Origin: Mobula hypostoma
Lineage: Eukaryota
Direction of reading: 5' to 3'
DNA length: 64,000 bases
Assembly: GCF_963921235.1 (NCBI RefSeq)
Contig: NC_086101.1
Span: forward strand, 744,001 to 808,000
Positions 52,231 through 64,000 of this stretch are shown here, piece after piece (the stretch's first letter is position 1; every line of letters begins with the position of its first letter). The notes below the pieces were generated by a model. It made no database searches. It was not told the origin of the DNA and saw only the letters and a list, made by a program, of their open reading frames with translations. Both the position numbers and the translations under genes were made by a program.

Positions 52231-54838
52231 AATAGACAATAGGTGCAGGAGTAGGCCATTCGGCCCCTCGAGCCAGCACCACCATTCACTGTGATCACGG
52301 CTGATCATTCACAATCAGTATCCAATTCCTGCCTTATCCCCATAACCTTTGATTCCACTATCTTTAAGAGCTCTATCCATCTCTTTTTTGAAAGCATCGA
52401 GAGACTTGGCCTCCACAGCCTTCTGGGGCAGAGCATTCCATATATCCACCACTCTCTGGGTGAAAAAGTTTTCCCTCAACTCTGTTCTAAATGGCCTACC
52501 CCTTATTCTTAAACTGTGGCCTCTGGTTCTGGACTCACCCATCAGTGAGAACATGCTTCCTGCCTCCAGCGTGTCCAATCCCTTAATAATCTTATATGTT
52601 TCAATAGGATCCCCTCTCAGCCTTCTAAATTCCAGAGTATACAAGCCCAGTCGCTCCAATCTTTCAACATATAGCAGTCCCACCATCCCGGGAATTAACC
52701 TTGTGAATCTACGCTGCACTCCCTCAATAGCAAGAATGTCCTTCCTCAAATTTGGAGACCAAAACTGTACTCCAGGTGTGGTCTCACCAGGGCCCTGTAC
52801 AGCTGCAGAAGGACCTCTTTGCTCTTATACTCAATTCCCCTTGTTATGAAGGCCAGCATGCCATTAGCTTTCTTCACTGCCTGCTGTACTTGCATGCTTG
52901 CTTTCAGTGACTGATGTACAAGAACACCTAGATCTCGTTGTGCTTCCCCTTTTCCTAACTTGACTCCATTTAGATAATAATCTGCCTTCCGGTTCTTACC
53001 GCCAAAGTGGATAACCTCACATTTATCCACATTAAACTGCATCTGCCCACTCACCCAGCCTGTCCAAGTCACCCTGCATTCTCATAACATCCTCCTCACA
53101 TTTCACACTGCCACCCAGCTTTGTATCATCGGCAAATTTGCTAATGTTACTTTTAATTCCCTCATCTAGATCATTTATATATATTGTAAACAGCTTCGGT
53201 CCCAGTACTGAACCCTGCGCTACCCCACTGGTCATTCCAAAAGGGACCCGTTAATCACTACTCTAATTACATTAGCAGTGAAACCTTAGAGCGTGTTATA
53301 CTTAGAAACATAGAAGAGAGGTGCAGGAGTAGGCCATTCGGCCCTTCGAGCCTGCACCGCCATTTATTATGATCATGGCTGATCATCCAACTCAGAACCC
53401 TGCACCAGCCTTCCCTCCATACCCCCTGATCCCCGTAGCCACAAGGGCCATATCTAACTCCCTCTTAAATATAGCCAATGAACTGGCCTCAACTGTTTCC
53501 TGTGGCAGAGAATTCCACAGATTCACCACTCTGTGTGAAGAAGTTTTTCCTAATCTCAGTCCTAAAAGGCTTCCCCTTTATCCTCAAACTGTGACCCCTC
53601 GTTCTGGACTTCCCCAACATCGGGAACAATCTTCCTGCATCTAGCCTGTCCAATCCCTTTAGGATTTTATACGTTTCAATCAGATCCCTCCTCAATCTTC
53701 TAAATTCCAACGAGTACAAGCCTAGTTCATCCAGTCTTTCTTCATATGAAAGTCCTGCCATCCCAGGAATCAATCTGGTGAACCTTCTTTGTACTTAAAA
53801 AATGCTTTTCGTATCTTCTTATTAGTCACCAGCTTCCTTTCATAATTCATCTTTTCCTTCCTAATGACCTTCTTATTTTCCGTCTGCAAGTTTCTAAAAG
53901 CTTCCCAATCCTCTATCTTCCCTCTAACTTTTGCTTCCTTGTCTTTTCCTTTTTCTTTTTCTTTGACTCTGACTTCACTTGTAAGGCATGATAGTGTCCT
54001 TCTTGTTAAGAATATATCTGTCTTGCACTTCCCTAATTTTTTTGCAGAAATTCCAGCCATTGCTGCTCTGCTGTCTTCCTGCTAGAGTCCTTTTCCAGTC
54101 AACTTGACCAGGTCCCCTCTCATGTCATTGTAATTTCCTTTATTTCACTGAAATACCAAGTGTTGGAATTTAGTTTCTTCTTCTCAAATTTCAAAGTGAA
54201 CTCGATCATATTTTGATCACTGTCCCCAAGCGTTCCTTAACCATAAGCTCTCTTATCATCTCTGGATCATTGCACAACATCCGATCCGGCACAGCCGATC
54301 CCCCAGTGGACTCAACAACAAACTGTTCTAAAAAGCCGTCCCTCAGACATGTTGCAAATTCTCTCTCTTGACGTTCAGTACTGACCTGGTTTTCCCAATC
54401 CACTTTCATGTTAAAATCCCCAACGATTATCATGACTTTGCCCTTCCGACATGCCTTTTCTATCTGCTGATGTAATTTGTAATCCACATCCCGGCTGCTG
54501 TTTGGAGGACTGGATACAACTGCCATTAGGGTCCTTTTACCCTTGCCATTTCTTACCTCCAACCATGGAGACTCTACACTTCCTGGTCCTATGTCATCGC
54601 TTAAAGATGATTTAATATTATTTCTTATACACAAGGCCACACCACCCCTCTGCCCTCTAATCTATCTTTCCGATACACCATATATCCTTCGATGTTCAGC
54701 TCCCACTGGCAGCCATACTTTAGCCAAGTTTCAGAGGTGGCCACAACATCATACTTACCAATCTGTAGCTGAATTTCAAGATCATCCATTTTAATTCTTA
54801 CGCTGCGTGCATTCAAATATATCACTTTCAGTCCAGAG

Positions 54839-55160
54839 TTGAATGAACATCAGCGAGCAAACACTGGGGAGAAACTGTTAAACTGCTCAGACCGTGGGAA
54901 GGAATTCACTCAGTCATCGCAGCTGAATGAATATCAGAGAGTTCACACTGAGGAGAAGCTGTTCATCTGTTTGGACTGGGAATGAATTCACACTTTCATC
55001 TCACCTACCTATACACCGAACTGTTTTCAGCAGTGAAAGTATGTAGGCCTGCTCAGACTGTGGGAAGTCATTCACACACTTATCCACGCTGCAGAGACAG
55101 TGGCGGGTTCACACTGTGGTGAGGGTGGTCACTAGCTCTGAATATGGGATGGGTTTCAAT
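54839..55160 (+). pseudogene. Decayed distal fingers of the 46915 ZNF array
   Basis: ttgaatgaacatcagcga continues tctcaa at 48219-48224; fingers carry stops. Confidence 0.75.
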
Positions 55161-57267
55161 CAGTTATTCATCCTTGTCTCGCCTTAACGAGCTTTGACCC
55201 ATCGTTAACTTGAGAGATCAGAAGCTTGAGAAAGACGTAATTCACTCAGGTTCGCCAATTGAGTATTAAAGGCAATGGTTTAGGGCAGGTTATTTTTGAG
55301 CTTTCCGCAGTGGCCAATCAGCATTCAGGATTGATTATGAAGAAGATTGTAAAGTTGGGCAGGAGCAAGTGGAGCGGTCATTGTTGGAGTGGACAGAGTC
55401 AGGGCGGAGATTTTGAGGTTTCAGTGTGGAGAGCATTCAGTCAGAGAAGACGAAATCATCATGCGTCGAGAACTTTTTTTGTCCCTTCTTTACATTTGCT
55501 CAGTTAGAACAGTAGAGATGCCAGGCTGTGCTCTCAGGTCTGCCACCTGTGCCAATTGCCAGGAATCAGAAGATTATACAGTTTTAACACGTGGCTAAGG
55601 AGTTGGTGCAGGAGGGAGGGTATAAAATATTTGGATCATTTGAGCTGGCGAGGATTGCTGTGTGCAGAGGAGTGTGAGTGTGTTGGGGGAGAGGACATTG
55701 TTGATGGTGTGTGACTGGGCAGGCAGCTCTCTCTGTCTCTCACGCTCTCTCACACACACACACAAATACATGCACTGGAGTGTGAGGGTGGGAAGTGAGA
55801 AGGGAAAAGGGAAATGAGGAGGATGGTGTTAAGGGCTCCTTCACAAAGTCCAGGACTTACCCAGCCCTCCCCCTCTGGAATTGTTCCCATTCCCGACCCC
55901 AGGCTGGGGGTGAGCATTGAGTTGCCTTGCCAACAAGAAAATGAATTGTTCGATAGCATCTGGTTAACACACTTTGATAATAAATTTACTTTGAACTTGA
56001 ACATTGAAATGTATTGTTTGTAAAACGTACTGATGAGAAATGGTCTCAGTGAAGGTCCAAGAGTGGAAAATGAACCAGTCTTCAGCCCCACTGCTCCGTG
56101 CCAGAGAAGAACCCCTATTGGACTCTATCCCATCTGTCTGTGCTTGACACGTCTCCCTCTAAAGTTTCCTTTTTCTGTACCTGTCCCAGTGTCTTTTATT
56201 TTCTTCTCAAACCCATTCTCCTGCCTTCATCCCATAACCTTTGATGCCTTTACTAATCAAGCACCGGTCAATGTATGTTTTAACTGAACAGGATGACTTG
56301 GCCTCTGAGCCGTCTGTGGCAATGAATTTCACAGGTCCCTCATCTCTAAATGCATGCTGTCTGATATTTGACATTGTGACCCAGAAGGTTAAAAATGGCA
56401 GCTATCTACTCTATCGCAATCTTTCATAAATTATCAAGTTCTATCAGGTCACCCTGAGCCTCCTCCACTCCAGAGAAAACAGCCCAAGTTTGTCCAAACT
56501 CTCTTTACACAGTGGATCAAGCTTCTAATCCACACAACATACTGGTGAACCTCTTCTGCAATCCCTTCATTGCTGCCCCAAACACCTGTGGTGTAATGGA
56601 CTTCAGGTAAGTAATTGGTGGATTGTTGATTAATAAGGCCATGAAAGGTGACCGGTAGAAGGCAGCAGCTTGGGGTTCGGAGGGAACATCCAATACCCAT
56701 GATCGAATGGTGGAGAAGAGTCAATGTACGGAATGGGTATTTCAGTTTCTACTGAATTGTTGTATAGTGTTGAGATGGCGAAGCGTTGGGGAGTAAGGTG
56801 CGGGTGCAGGTAAGAGTGAGTGTCCAGGTAGGAGATGGTGTTAAGGAGCTTTTCACTACGTCTGGTCACTGACAACAATTAACTCGGAGTGGATCAATCA
56901 TAAGTGTGTTTATGTTTCCTTGCAGCAAGGGAAGATTAGCACTGCCCAAGTGCTGGTAATAGCTTTATCCAAAAGAAACAATACCATCACCCCTTCGGAC
57001 ACAAGTCCAAGGACAGGGTGTATTCTGTCTGCTGAATCAATGTTTGGCATTCCTCCAGTAACACAGCTGCGGTTCTGCACTCAAGTGCTCAGGTACCATC
57101 AGCATCATGTTGCATGAAGATTATTAGCAAAGCACTCTGATACACTACAGGTTCCATTTTGTTACAGAAAGAAATGCCATTTTGGTCCGACAAGTGAAGT
57201 ACATTTCCCCAGTGGTGGAGAAGCATTCCTACACACCTCGCTCTGAGTGAAAATCCTTACACCACTC

Positions 57268-58312
57268 TCACTCTCACTCCATCCTCCCGCCACCCCACTA
57301 GGAATAGGGTCCCCCCGGTCCTCACCTATCACCCCACCAGCCTCCGGGTCCAACATATTATTCTCCGTAACTTCCGCCACCTCCAACGGGATCCCACCAC
57401 TAAGCACATCTCTCCCTCCCCCCCCCCCGCATTCCGCAGGGATCGCTCCCTACGCAACTCCCTTGTCCATTCATCCCTCCCCACTGACCTCCCTCCTGGC
57501 ACTTATCCGTGTAAGCGGAACAAGTGCTACATATGCCCTTACACTTCCTCCCTTACCACCATTCAGGGCCCCAAACAGTCCTTCCAGGTGAGGCAACACT
57601 TCACCTGTGAGTTGACTGGGGTGATATACTGCGTCCGGTGCTCCTGATGTGGCCTTTTATATATTGGCGAGACCCGACGCAGACTGGGAGACCGCTTTGC
57701 TGAACATCTACGCTCTGTCCGCCAGAGAAAGCAGGATCTCCCAGTGGCCACACATTTTAATTCCACATCCCATTCCCATTCTGACATGTCTATCCACGGC
57801 CTCCTCTACTGTAAAGATGAAGTCACACTCAGGTTGGAGGAACAACACCTTATATTCCGTCTGGGTAGCCTCCAACCTGATGGCATGAACATCGACTTCT
57901 CTAACTTCCGCTAATGCCCCACCTCCCCCTCGTACCCCATCTGTTACTTATTTTTATGCACACATTCTTTCTCTCACTCTCCTTTTTCTCCCTCTGTCCC
58001 TCTGAATATACCCCTTGCCCATCCTTTGGTTCCCTCCCACTCCCCCCGCTTGTCTTTCTTCCCGGACCTCCTGTCCCATGATCCCCTCGTATCCCCTTTT
58101 GCCTATCACCTGTCCAGCTCTTGGCTCTATCCCTCCCCCTCCTGTCTTCTCCTATCATTTTGGATCTCCCCCTCCCCCTCCAACTTTCAAATCCCTTACT
58201 CACTCTTCCTTCAGTTAGTCCTGACGAAGGGTCTCGGCCTGAAACGTCGACTGCACCTCTTCCTATAGATGCTGCCTGGCCTGCTGCGTTCACCAGCAAC
58301 TTTGATGTGTGT
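57268..58312 (+). mobile_element. 5'-truncated PLE
   Basis: Linker, GIY-YIG and pLTR; in-frame TGA in the CSRC motif. Confidence 0.93.
58217..58252 (+). ncRNA. Minimal hammerhead ribozyme, intact core
   Basis: Same 36-nt motif as 26575-26610. Confidence 0.88.
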
Positions 58313-58313
58313 T

Positions 58314-58600
58314 CCTTACACCACTCCCCATTTCTGTTCACACCTCCGATCCTTGCGGCCAGCACCATCTGTGAAAACCCTTACGCCTCTCCCCATTTCT
58401 GTTCACACCTCCGATTCTCGCAGCTCTCGCCCTCTGTGCAAACTCTTCCAACCCTTACACCACTCCCCATTTCTGCTAACACCTCCGATCCTTGCAGCCC
58501 TCGCCCTCTGCGAAAACCCTTCTTACCCTACACCATCGTCATTTTGTAACCCTGCCTGACCCCTACACCATTTGCCATCCCTGTAAAGCCCTCCACCATC
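58314..58600. repeat. C-rich minisatellite with ~65-75-bp units
   Basis: ccttacaccactccccatttctgttcacacctccgat three times plus decayed units. Confidence 0.8.
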
Positions 58601-58894
58601 CACACTGGCGCAATCAGCTGACCTGAGAAAGACACTGACCGTGGCAGGCAGCAGGGCTCACAAAACACATTCACACCAGTTGACATTTTTTTTATGTAAC
58701 CCTACCGATTTGCACACTTACCTAGACTAAACAGCTTCCAACCTTCTATCTTTACCTTACCCCACTCCCCCAACTAATCTCCCTCCTGGAACCTGTCCTT
58801 GTAAGTGAGGGAAGTTCTACACGCTCCCATTTACTTCCTCCCTCAGCTCCATTCTGGCTCAGAAACAGTCCTTCCAGGTGAGGCAACATTTCAA

Positions 58895-59785
58895 AACAGG
58901 GTAAGAATAGGATGATTCGGCAGGTGAATGTGTGGCTGAGGAACTGGTGCAGGGGCATTGCATCATATCTCTGGGTCATTGGGATCTGTCCTGGGGATGA
59001 AATGATCTGTACAACAGGGACGGGTTGCACCTGAACCTGACGGGGTCCAGTAAGCTTGTGGGCAGGTGTGTTAGAGCTTGTGTTTAAAATAACTTGTCAG
59101 GGGGATGGGAACCAGAGTGTGAGTGCTGAGGATAAGGTAGTGTGCAGTGACAGTACTAGCAAGCAGAGGCTGATGTCAGGTCAAAATTGCAGTCAACGGG
59201 ATGAGTTGCAGCGTTAAAGTGGGATAACATCGATAAGGGTGATGTATACAGGACTGTGGGTGTTATATTTGAATGTGCACATTGTAGAGAATAACAGATG
59301 TGAACTTTTAGCACAGTGTGATTTGGGTACATATCCGTATCGTGGCTGAAAGAAGATTATAACCCGGAGCTTAACCTCCAAGCAGACACGTTGTATTGAA
59401 AGGACAGGTCGGAAGGCAAAGAGGCTGGTAAATATGAAATAAAATCATTACCAAAAAGAGGCGGCACAGGATCAGAAGATGTAGAATCTCTGGGTAGAGT
59501 GAGGAAACATTAAGTGTAACAAGACCCTGAAATAATTTATATGCAGACCTCCAACCGTAGTAAGGATACGGTCTACAAATTACAACAGGAGACAAAATGC
59601 ATGTCAAAAGGGCTGTGTTATGATAGTCATGGGGGATATCAATTAGGAAAATCAGGTTAGTGTTGGTTACCAAGAGGGGGAAATTTTGTAGAATGCCTAC
59701 GATATGTCTGTTTCGAGCAGCTGCTGGTTGAACACACTGGGATCAGCTATTCCGGAATGTGTGTTCAGCGATGAACAGGAATTGA
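58895..59785 (+). mobile_element. Old CR1 ORF1 end and EN remnant
   Basis: gggacgggttgcacctgaac (DGLHLN), YLNxxS-like and GD-like segments. Confidence 0.65.
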
Positions 59786-60009
59786 GCCCTGATGAAATTC
59801 CAGAGCAGACTCAATGGGCTGAATGGCCTGATTATTCTCCTATATCTTATGGAGTTCTGGTCTAACAAATCCCTGCAATGCTGAGTGACCAGGGTTCAGT
59901 CCTGGATGTGAGGAACTTCTGCAATATCTGCAGAATCTGTCATTAACAGTCCCTCATCAACTCGCAACTAGATTTAGTCATCACCATGTTTAAACATTTT
60001 AGAGACAGT

Positions 60010-60350
60010 TTACTTGAATTTCCTCCCTGGTGTGAAGTTGCTGGTGTTTCAGCAGGTGGGATGACTGAGTAAATCTCTTTCCTCACTCAGGACAGAAGTA
60101 CGGCCTCTACTTACTGTAATCTCACCGGAGCCTCTCTTCCCACACTCCGAAGGTGTACAGCTGCTTCCCCTCTGCGTGAAATGGCCAGAGCTTCAGTCGC
60201 TTGATTGACTGATTGAACCCTTCTCACACTCGCCGCTGGTGAATGGGTTCTCCCCCAAGTGACCGCTCCGGTATTTCTACAGATCGGATGTTTGTATGAC
60301 TCCTTTCCTACACATGGAGCGGATGAACTGCCTCTCCCCGGTGTGAACTC
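60010..60350 (-). pseudogene. Decayed C2H2 zinc-finger remnant, opposite strand
   Basis: Minus strand gagttcacaccggggagaggcagttcatc...tgtaggaaagga and other finger-like units. Confidence 0.7.
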
Positions 60351-60609
60351 CCACACACAAACCCTTTGCCTTTTCAGCGCTGTCAAAATTCTGCAAATGT
60401 CATCAATGGATGAAAACAGATGCAATAATGTTGGTCTCAATGGTGACCTCTGGTGTAGCAAGGCTCAACACTGGTTGGAGGAGGAATACCTCATCTAACT
60501 GGGCACAATTCAAGCATCCAGGCACGACATCCACACACACAGTTGCCATTACAAATTGTGCTGGAACACAATAATCCAGAATGACAAAAAAAAATTAAAA
60601 TAGTATGAA

Positions 60610-62000
60610 AAACGGCAAAACGTAGAAGTTGCTGCAACAACTGGTGCAGCGCCATGTTAGAGTGTGAGTAGATTGGAGTATCACGACAGGGTAGGAGACA
60701 GCCGGACAGCCGACATCTGCTGACCCTGTCCGGATCAGCCCCAGCACTCTAGGCCTGTGTGAGCCTGCTCTCTGGGATTCTGTGCCACCTTTACTATCTG
60801 AGATTGAGTCAGGAAAAGATACCGGTGCTGTGGAAGACTTCCTGCTTGGATCCTTTACCCAAAAAGGGGACTCCATCTGAACTTAATGACTGCAGACCAA
60901 TTTCCCTCACATCTCATGTGATGAAGGCGATGGAGAGGCTGGTCCAGACTTACCTTGAACCCTCTACAGTTTGCCTACCAACCTCGTGAGTGTGTGGGTG
61001 ATACCATCATCTACCTGTTTCAGCGAGCTCACTCCCACCGGGATGATCGTCGTGGCATTGTGAGAAGCACTGTTTTTGATTTCACTCGTGCCTTCAATAC
61101 AATCCAGCCATATCTTCAGAGCAAGAACCTGAAAAGGATGGGCGTAGGCAAATTCACCATCTCCTGGATTACTGCCTTCCTGAGAGATAGACCACAGTTT
61201 GTACTGCCAGGTGGTTCTCTGTCTGAGATGGTGGCGAGTGACACTGAAGACCCACAAAGGACTGTCCTGTTTCTGTTTCTGTTCACAATCTACACCTCAG
61301 ACGTTCAGTGCAACTCTAAGTCTTGCCACTTGCAGAAGTTCCCTGATGACTCTGCTGTAGTTGGGTGCTTCAGAGATGGGCAGGAGTCGGAGCACGGAGC
61401 ACTGGCGGACAGGTTTATGGAATAGTGAGGGAGGAATCACCTGCTCCTGAATATGACTAAAACCAGGGAAATGGCGATTGATTTTCGGAGGAAGTGGACT
61501 GTAATGTGTGCTGTATACACTTTGGGAGAACAGGTCACTGTGGTGGAGGAGTACAAATACCTTGACAACAGACTTGACTGGAAAACTAACACTGAGACTG
61601 TTCACAAAAGAGGATGAACAGACTCTATTTTCTAAGAATGCTGAGAACCCTGAATATGTGAGGCAGGATGTTGCAGATCTTTTGCCAAATTGTTGTAGCG
61701 AGTGCAGTCTTCTTTGCTGCTTTATGTTGGTGATGTAAGAAGACTAAATAAACTCTTCAAAAAGGCTGGATCTATCCTTGGCCACAACCCGGATTCTTTT
61801 GAGGTTGTGGTGGAGTGGAGGTCACTAAACAAACTTATCGATTATGAACAATCTATCACATCCTTTCCATGACCTACTGAATAGGCAGCAAAGCCCCCAG
61901 CCCCTTATGAACAGACTCACTCAACTCCGCTGACACCAGGATCACAACAGAAAATCTTTCTTATTAAATGCAACAGTTCATCTTTCTGCAACAGGTGAAC
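60610..62000 (+). mobile_element. Rex1/Babar LINE fragment, paralogous to 37024-38045
   Basis: LWKTSCL, RPISLTSH, PLQFAY, DFTRAFNTI, CHLQKFPDDS. Confidence 0.88.
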
Positions 62001-62264
62001 ACACATCATCGATCTATAGTCTCTGCATTATTGTTTCATTCATTATTATTCCACATTCGTACTTTATTATTGTGTATATTATTCTGTACTTTATTTTTAG
62101 TAAAGTTTGCCCGATGCTTCATGTGGTTTTAGATGTAACTGCTGAAATAGTCATAATAGTTAAAGTCATACTTTATTGATCCCGGGGGAAATTGGTTTTT
62201 GTTCCGTTAATGAAATGAATGAATTTCCCACTCGGAATCAATAAAATATTTATTATTATTATTA

Positions 62265-62525
62265 TCATTCTCCAGCCCTTTATCTCTCTCACCAATCAAC
62301 TTCCCAGCTCTTTACTTCACCCCTCACCCTGACCCAGTTTACCATATCACCTTACCTCCCCCCACATTCAGACTCCCTCCCTTCCTTTCCAGTCCTGACG
62401 AAGGGTCTGGGTCTGAAATGTCGACTGTTCACTCTTCTCCATAGTTGCTGTCTGCCCCCGCTGACTTTCCCCCAGCCTTCTCCGCGTGTTCCTTCGGATT
62501 TCCGCATCTGCAGATGGTCTCCTGC
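62265..62525 (+). mobile_element. PLE-tail-derived repeat with degenerate hammerhead (62391-62426); paralogue at 39110-39350
   Basis: agtc-ctgacga-agggtctgggtct-gaaat-gtc-gact. Confidence 0.7.
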
Positions 62526-62529
62526 TTGC

Positions 62530-62832
62530 TCACACGCGCATGCGCAGAGGTTTGAGGTGAGCCAACTATCGCGCATGCGCACTGTAGACGAAAGGCTCAG
62601 AAGGTTCTGCTGCAGGTAAGAGGGGTTTCCGATCGGGAATTAATCACAGGCGTCTGAAACGCGATTCAAGGGCTATTACTGTGAGCTCCTGGCGCACTGA
62701 GCTTGCAGCCCAGGACAGCCCCGGCCCGTTCCCTCGATCCGTACCCGGGCCCCGCGGGGCTTTCGGCTAACGAGCGCTGGAGCCGCCGCCGCCATTTCTG
62801 CGGCGCATGCGCATCGCTGGATCTTTCGGCGG
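62530..62832 (+). promoter_or_regulatory. Second CpG-rich candidate promoter and first exon
   Basis: GCGCATGCGC at 62536, 62571, 62803; YY1-like ccgccattt at ~62789; donor CAG|GTAAG at 62615/6. Confidence 0.7.
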
Positions 62833-62839
62833 CCTTTTT

Positions 62840-63480
62840 AAAAATGTTTTTATTGAACACAAACAAAAACAGTAAACATATGCAAACAAAGCCAGGGAAT
62901 CACACATAAGCAGCAACAAATATATAAATATTAACTTTAAATGTACAAATAAAAAAGAAAATCCTCTCAATACTGCTGGACAGAAGGAACTATATCTAAA
63001 AAGAGTCACAAAACAAAAATATTTACAGAAATAACCCGAAACATTGACAAATTTGTACAGTCCTTACAGCTTTCTGGTTATGGGAAGTTTCCAGAATATT
63101 AATGTATAGTTTGAAGTCTGACGTAAAAATATAAATGAAGGTTTCTTATTGTTACATTTGCATTTATGGATATAAAATTTGCTGTAAATTAACAAAATAT
63201 TTATGATTTTAAAAATCCCGATGAGATTTGATATTATTAGTAAACCCAAATAAAACATTTTCAAATCAAAATGTAAAATCCACATTAATATATTGATCTA
63301 TAAATTGACAAACATCAACCCAAAACGTTTTGACATATTCACATTCCCAAAATAGATTAAGTAAATCCTCTGGATATAAACCACAAAACAGACAGTTAGT
63401 TTCAATATCAGAATTAAACCTTGTCAAATAGACATTGTTTGGATAATATCTATGGATAATTTTAATCTATGCATAATCTG
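62840..63480 (-). mobile_element. L1/Tx1-clade LINE 3' end
   Basis: CLFCG..PEDLLNLFWECEYVKTFW knuckle-like motif, SKFYIHKCK, AATAAA near 62850. Confidence 0.7.
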
Positions 63481-63481
63481 A

Positions 63482-64000
63482 GTATAAATTAAAGGATTGA
63501 CGGTGGATATGCAATGGCAAGCATTTAAAGGTTGCATGGATGAACTACAACAATTGTTCATCCCAGTTTGGCAAAAGAATAAATCAAGGAAGGTAGTGCA
63601 CCCATGGCTGACAAAAGAAATTAGGGATAGTACCAATTCCAAACAAGTAGCATACAAATTAGCCAGAGAGAGTGGCTCACCTGAGGACTGGGAGAAATTC
63701 AGAGTTCAGCAGAGGAGGACAAAGGGCTTAATTAGGAAGGGGAAAAAAGATTATGAGAGAAAACTGGCGGGGAACATAAAAACGGACTGTAAAAGCTTTT
63801 ATAGATATGTAAAAAGGAAAAGATTGGTAAAGACAAATGTAGGTCCCCTGCAGACAGAAACAGGTGAATTGATTATGGGGAGCAAGGACATGGCAGACCA
63901 ATTGAATAATTACTTTGGTTCTGTCTTCACTAAGGAGGACATAAATAATCTTCCAGAAATAGTAAGGGACAGAGGGTCCAGTGAGATGGAGGAACTGAGT
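63482..64000 (+). mobile_element. CR1 ORF2 segment running off the window
   Basis: HPWLTKEI, KSFYRYVK, NNYFGSVFTKED. Confidence 0.88.

Larger units (their letters stand above)
48227..54838 (-). mobile_element. CR1 LINE hosting nested PLE, LTR and further CR1 insertions
   Basis: Tail at 48227, RT at 50600-51520, EN start YLNARS at ~54820; younger CR1 tails at 52231-53235 and 53305-53790. Confidence 0.85.

Noticed and set aside
57643..57650. In-frame TGA in the GIY-YIG region as selenocysteine
   Set aside because: It replaces CGA (Arg) in the other copies, consistent with CpG decay; no SECIS seen
58314..58600. Repeated ~35-bp core suggesting CRISPR
   Set aside because: The apparent spacers are homologous to each other; it is a minisatellite

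Overview
Repeat-dense vertebrate genomic DNA, most likely a cartilaginous fish (inferred from the mix of CR1, Rex1, Penelope and GPR139-like sequence). There are two apparently intact host genes. One is a two-exon GPR139-like class A GPCR on the - strand (exon 1 15906-15837, missed by the ORF track; exon 2 14466-13562; 324 aa). The other is a 15-finger C2H2 zinc-finger gene with no visible KRAB domain (46915-48228). It sits in a locally duplicated ZNF cluster with pseudogenised paralogues and two duplicated CpG-rich promoters carrying NRF1 motifs. The rest is nested retroelements: CR1, Rex1/Babar, L1/Tx1, an RTE-derived short element, Ty3/Gypsy (Sushi-like and Gmr1-like), a class I ERV pol fragment, solo LTRs, a hAT-type MITE end and many Neptune-like Penelope elements (PLEs). 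The PLE tails carry minimal type I hammerhead ribozymes (about 15 copies, 5 with an intact core). One near-complete PLE (5983-10832, 13-bp TSD) lacks the ribozyme in its upstream repeat and holds an antisense ribozyme cassette that restores its reading frame. A PLE fold-back insertion forms a ~88-bp hairpin. Repeat boundaries are approximate unless a TSD is quoted. No database searches were run.
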